Below, one piece after another: positions 61,345 through 64,000 of a stretch of 64,000 nucleotides of DNA. Numbering within the stretch: position 1 is the first letter of the stretch; each line of letters begins with the position of its first letter. The translations under genes and the position numbers were made by a program. The stretch spans positions 4,176 through 68,175 of the forward strand of contig JANXCT010000003.1 of the NCBI GenBank assembly GCA_025059875.1. The letters are read 5' to 3'. Under the pieces are notes generated by a model that saw only the letters and a list, made by a program, of their open reading frames with translations, was not told the origin of the DNA and did no database searches. The stretch comes from Candidatus Kapaibacterium sp. (lineage in GTDB: Bacteria > Bacteroidota > Ignavibacteria > Kapaibacteriales > HRBIN21).

Positions 61345-62277
61345 ATGACCTACTACGACACCTGGCGCCGGCGCCGCTTCCTGGCCGATAATCCAGCCCT
61401 GCGAGCAATCATCCTCCTCAACATTGCCGTCTTCGTTGTCCAGCACCTCTTCCTAGCCCTCTTCCGGTACCACGGCACACCGCTGGAGGTGTTCTTCGTA
61501 GAGTACTTCGCCCTCCAGCCTCTGCTGAGCGGTTCCTTCTTCCCCTGGCAGCTCCTGACCTACCAGTTCATGCACGCTGGTTTGGAGAACATCTGGCACA
61601 TCGTCTTCAACCTCTTCATCCTCTGGATGTTCGGGATGGAGCTAGAGCAGCTCTGGGGAAGCCGGCGCTTCACGTGGTACTACCTACTCTGCGGGATTGG
61701 AGCTGGCCTCCTCCACCTCCTCGTCCAGCTCTTCTGGACCTACCCTGCCCCAACGGTCGGCGCATCGGGAGCCGTCTACGGCGTGCTGCTTGCCTTCGGT
61801 CTGACCTTCCCTGACCGCCCTGTCTTCATGTTCCCCTTCTTCATCCCCATCCCGGCCCGCATCCTTGTCATCCTCATGGCAGGCATTGAGTTCATCTCTG
61901 GCGTCAGCAGCGCTGGCTCGCCAATTGCGCACTTTGCCCACCTGGGAGGCGCCCTCACCGGTTTCCTCCTGCTGCGCTTCGGAGACCGCGTGGGACTCTT
62001 CTCAGCTCTCGATCGAGCGTGGTTCTGGGCACGTCGAGCACGTTTCCGGCTCTCCGCTCCACCACGGCGCAGGAGCAGGAGAGGTGTTTCGCAACCTCAA
62101 ACGGTGCGCCTTGTCCCTGCTGAGGAGGTCCTCCTCTACTTTGAAGGGCAGCCTATCACCCAGAGCGACATTGACGCCATCCTGGACAAGATTGCGGCCT
62201 TCGGGTACGAAAGCTTGTCGGAACGCGAACGTCGCATTCTCTACGAAGCAAGTCGCCGTCTCCAAGCAGAGCCATGA
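61345..62277 (+). CDS. Rhomboid-family intramembrane serine protease
   Basis: 'GASGAVYGVL' (catalytic Ser) and 'AHLGGALTG' (catalytic His). Confidence 0.85.
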   Translation: MTYYDTWRRRRFLADNPALRAIILLNIAVFVVQHLFLALFRYHGTPLEVFFVEYFALQPLLSGSFFPWQLLTYQFMHAGLENIWHIVFNLFILWMFGMELEQLWGSRRFTWYYLLCGIGAGLLHLLVQLFWTYPAPTVGASGAVYGVLLAFGLTFPDRPVFMFPFFIPIPARILVILMAGIEFISGVSSAGSPIAHFAHLGGALTGFLLLRFGDRVGLFSALDRAWFWARRARFRLSAPPRRRSRRGVSQPQTVRLVPAEEVLLYFEGQPITQSDIDAILDKIAAFGYESLSERERRILYEASRRLQAEP

Positions 62278-63419
62278 GCGAACTCATCAAGCTACCTGTT
62301 GCTGCAGAAACCTCTGCGGCTATCACCGAGCAGCCCTATGCGACTCGACCATACCGGCGCCGCCGGACCCGGCGCGTCTGGGTAGGGAATGTTCCCGTCG
62401 GAGGGAATGCTCCGATCTCGGTGCAGACGATGACCAAAACCAAGACCGCCGACGTAGAAGCTACGGTAGCCCAAATCCTGCGTTGCAAAGAAGCCGGTGC
62501 CGACATCGTGCGTGTCACCGTCAACGATTGGGAAGCCGCCGAAGCCATCCGGGAGATTGTTCGCCGTGTGGACATCCCCATCGTCGCTGATATCCACTTC
62601 AACCACGTCTTTGCCCTCAAGGCCATAGAGGCCGGAGTTGCCAAGGTGCGCATCAATCCTGGGAACATCGGCTCTCGAGAGCGCATCCGCCAAGTCCTCA
62701 CGGCTGCCAAAGAGCGGGGCATCCCCATTCGGATCGGCGTCAACTCGGGCTCGCTGGAGAAGGATATCCTGGAGAAGTACGGCTACCCTACCCCTGAGGC
62801 ACTGGTGGAGAGCGCTCTCCGGCATGTGGAGATCGCCCAGGACTTCGGCTTCGATGACATCGTCATCTCTGTGAAGTCCACCGACGTGCGGCTGATGATC
62901 GAAGCTTACCGCCTTCTGGCAGACCAGGTTGATTTCCCGCTCCACTTGGGCGTGACCGAAGCAGGACTGCCCGGTCCAGGGATCATCAAGTCAGCCGTCG
63001 GAATTGGCACCCTGCTGGCCGAAGGAATTGGAGACACCATCCGCGTGTCCCTCACGGACGAGCCGGAACGGGAGGTCGAAGTCGGCAAGGAAATCCTCCG
63101 CTCGCTCGGCTTGGCGCAGCGTAGCGTGGAGATCATCGCCTGCCCGACCTGCGGACGAATTGAGGTGGACCTGTTCCGCATCTCCCGAGAGCTAGAGGAG
63201 GCCGTGCGGCGCTCGGGAATCCGCAAGCCCGTCAAGATTGCCCTCCTGGGCTGTGCCGTCAACGGTCCTGGGGAGGCCAGTGAGGCGGACATTGGCATTG
63301 CGGCAGGCCGTGGCGTGGCGATCCTATACAGAAAGGGCGAAGTCGTCCGCCGTGTGCGAGAGGAAGAGATCGTCTCGGCCATCTTGGAAGAGCTAGAGCG
63401 GTTCCAGCCCGAGGAGTAG
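62274..63419 (+). CDS. ispG: 4-hydroxy-3-methylbut-2-en-1-yl diphosphate synthase
   Basis: 'VQTMTKTKT', TIM-barrel plus a C-terminal 4Fe-4S domain 'CPTCGR...GCAVNGPGEA'. Confidence 0.95.
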   Translation: MSELIKLPVAAETSAAITEQPYATRPYRRRRTRRVWVGNVPVGGNAPISVQTMTKTKTADVEATVAQILRCKEAGADIVRVTVNDWEAAEAIREIVRRVDIPIVADIHFNHVFALKAIEAGVAKVRINPGNIGSRERIRQVLTAAKERGIPIRIGVNSGSLEKDILEKYGYPTPEALVESALRHVEIAQDFGFDDIVISVKSTDVRLMIEAYRLLADQVDFPLHLGVTEAGLPGPGIIKSAVGIGTLLAEGIGDTIRVSLTDEPEREVEVGKEILRSLGLAQRSVEIIACPTCGRIEVDLFRISRELEEAVRRSGIRKPVKIALLGCAVNGPGEASEADIGIAAGRGVAILYRKGEVVRRVREEEIVSAILEELERFQPEE

Positions 63420-63427
63420 CCTGCCCG

Positions 63428-64000
63428 ATGGAACTGAGCCTTGAGGGGAGGCGGGCGCTCGTCTGCGGCAGCACACAAGGAATTGGAAAAGCCATCGCTG
63501 AAGCCTTCGCACGCGCCGGCGCCTCCGTGACACTGCTGGCACGCTCCCCAGAACGCCTGGAGGCCGTCCGAGCAGCTCTCCCTACCCCTGCCGGACAGCG
63601 CCACCATGCCATCGCTGCCGACTTCAGCTACCCCGAAGAGCTAGATCGAGTCGTGCGCGAACACCTGGACCAATCGGGCCTTGTCTACCACATCCTGGTG
63701 CACAACACCGGTGGGCCTCCACCAGGGAAGCTCATAGAGGCACCGCTGACCGCCTTTGAGGCCGCTTTCCGCCAGCACCTCTGGACAGCCCATCTTCTCA
63801 TGCAAGCCCTGCTGCCGGACATGCGGGCCGAAGGATACGGTCGGATCCTGCTCGTGCTCTCCACCTCAGTGCGTCAGCCGATTGAAGGGCTGGGAGTCTC
63901 CAACACTGTCCGCGCTGCATTAGCAAGCTGGATGAAGACTCTGTCGGCCGAGGTAGCTCCCTGGGGGATTACCGTCAACGCCATCCTGCCCGGAAGTATT
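63428..64000 (+). CDS. SDR-family oxidoreductase (3-oxoacyl-ACP reductase-like), 5' part; continues beyond the window
   Basis: 'ALVCGSTQGIGKAIAEAFARAGA' is a TGxxxGxG Rossmann motif. No stop codon is reached. Confidence 0.8.
   Translation, partial: MELSLEGRRALVCGSTQGIGKAIAEAFARAGASVTLLARSPERLEAVRAALPTPAGQRHHAIAADFSYPEELDRVVREHLDQSGLVYHILVHNTGGPPPGKLIEAPLTAFEAAFRQHLWTAHLLMQALLPDMRAEGYGRILLVLSTSVRQPIEGLGVSNTVRAALASWMKTLSAEVAPWGITVNAILPGSI

Overview
The window is 64 kb of high-GC (about 64%) bacterial chromosome, and most of it is housekeeping. Two lines of evidence point to Bacteroidota/Rhodothermota-like ancestry: five proteins end in a type IX secretion (T9SS) C-terminal sorting domain (four large cargo proteins and a HAF-repeat protein), and several intergenic regions carry TTG-N19-21-TAnnTTTG promoter motifs. 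Recognisable genes include rseP(partial)-dxr-rng, panC, pepF, asnS, rpmE-rpsR, ribH, guaA, recJ, an arginase-family gene with a five-gene Opp-type ABC importer, pgsA-tpiA-(lptC-like)-kdsA, groESL behind a perfect CIRCE operator, atpDC, a solo sdhB-like gene, phnDCE, sucC-gap-pgk, a rhomboid protease, ispG and a partial SDR. Accessory content is limited to the following. (1) A MmeI-family type IIG restriction-modification gene at 31087-34165 still has an intact promoter but is split by one in-frame TAG at 31456-31458, and its C-terminus is frameshifted near 33935. (2) A cluster of T9SS cargo genes includes a disulfide-rich 791-aa protein that follows a long structured leader. (3) A PNPOx-like domain is fused to MenA and is followed by a CPBP protease and a quinone oxidoreductase. 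No rRNA, tRNA, CRISPR array or transposase was found.
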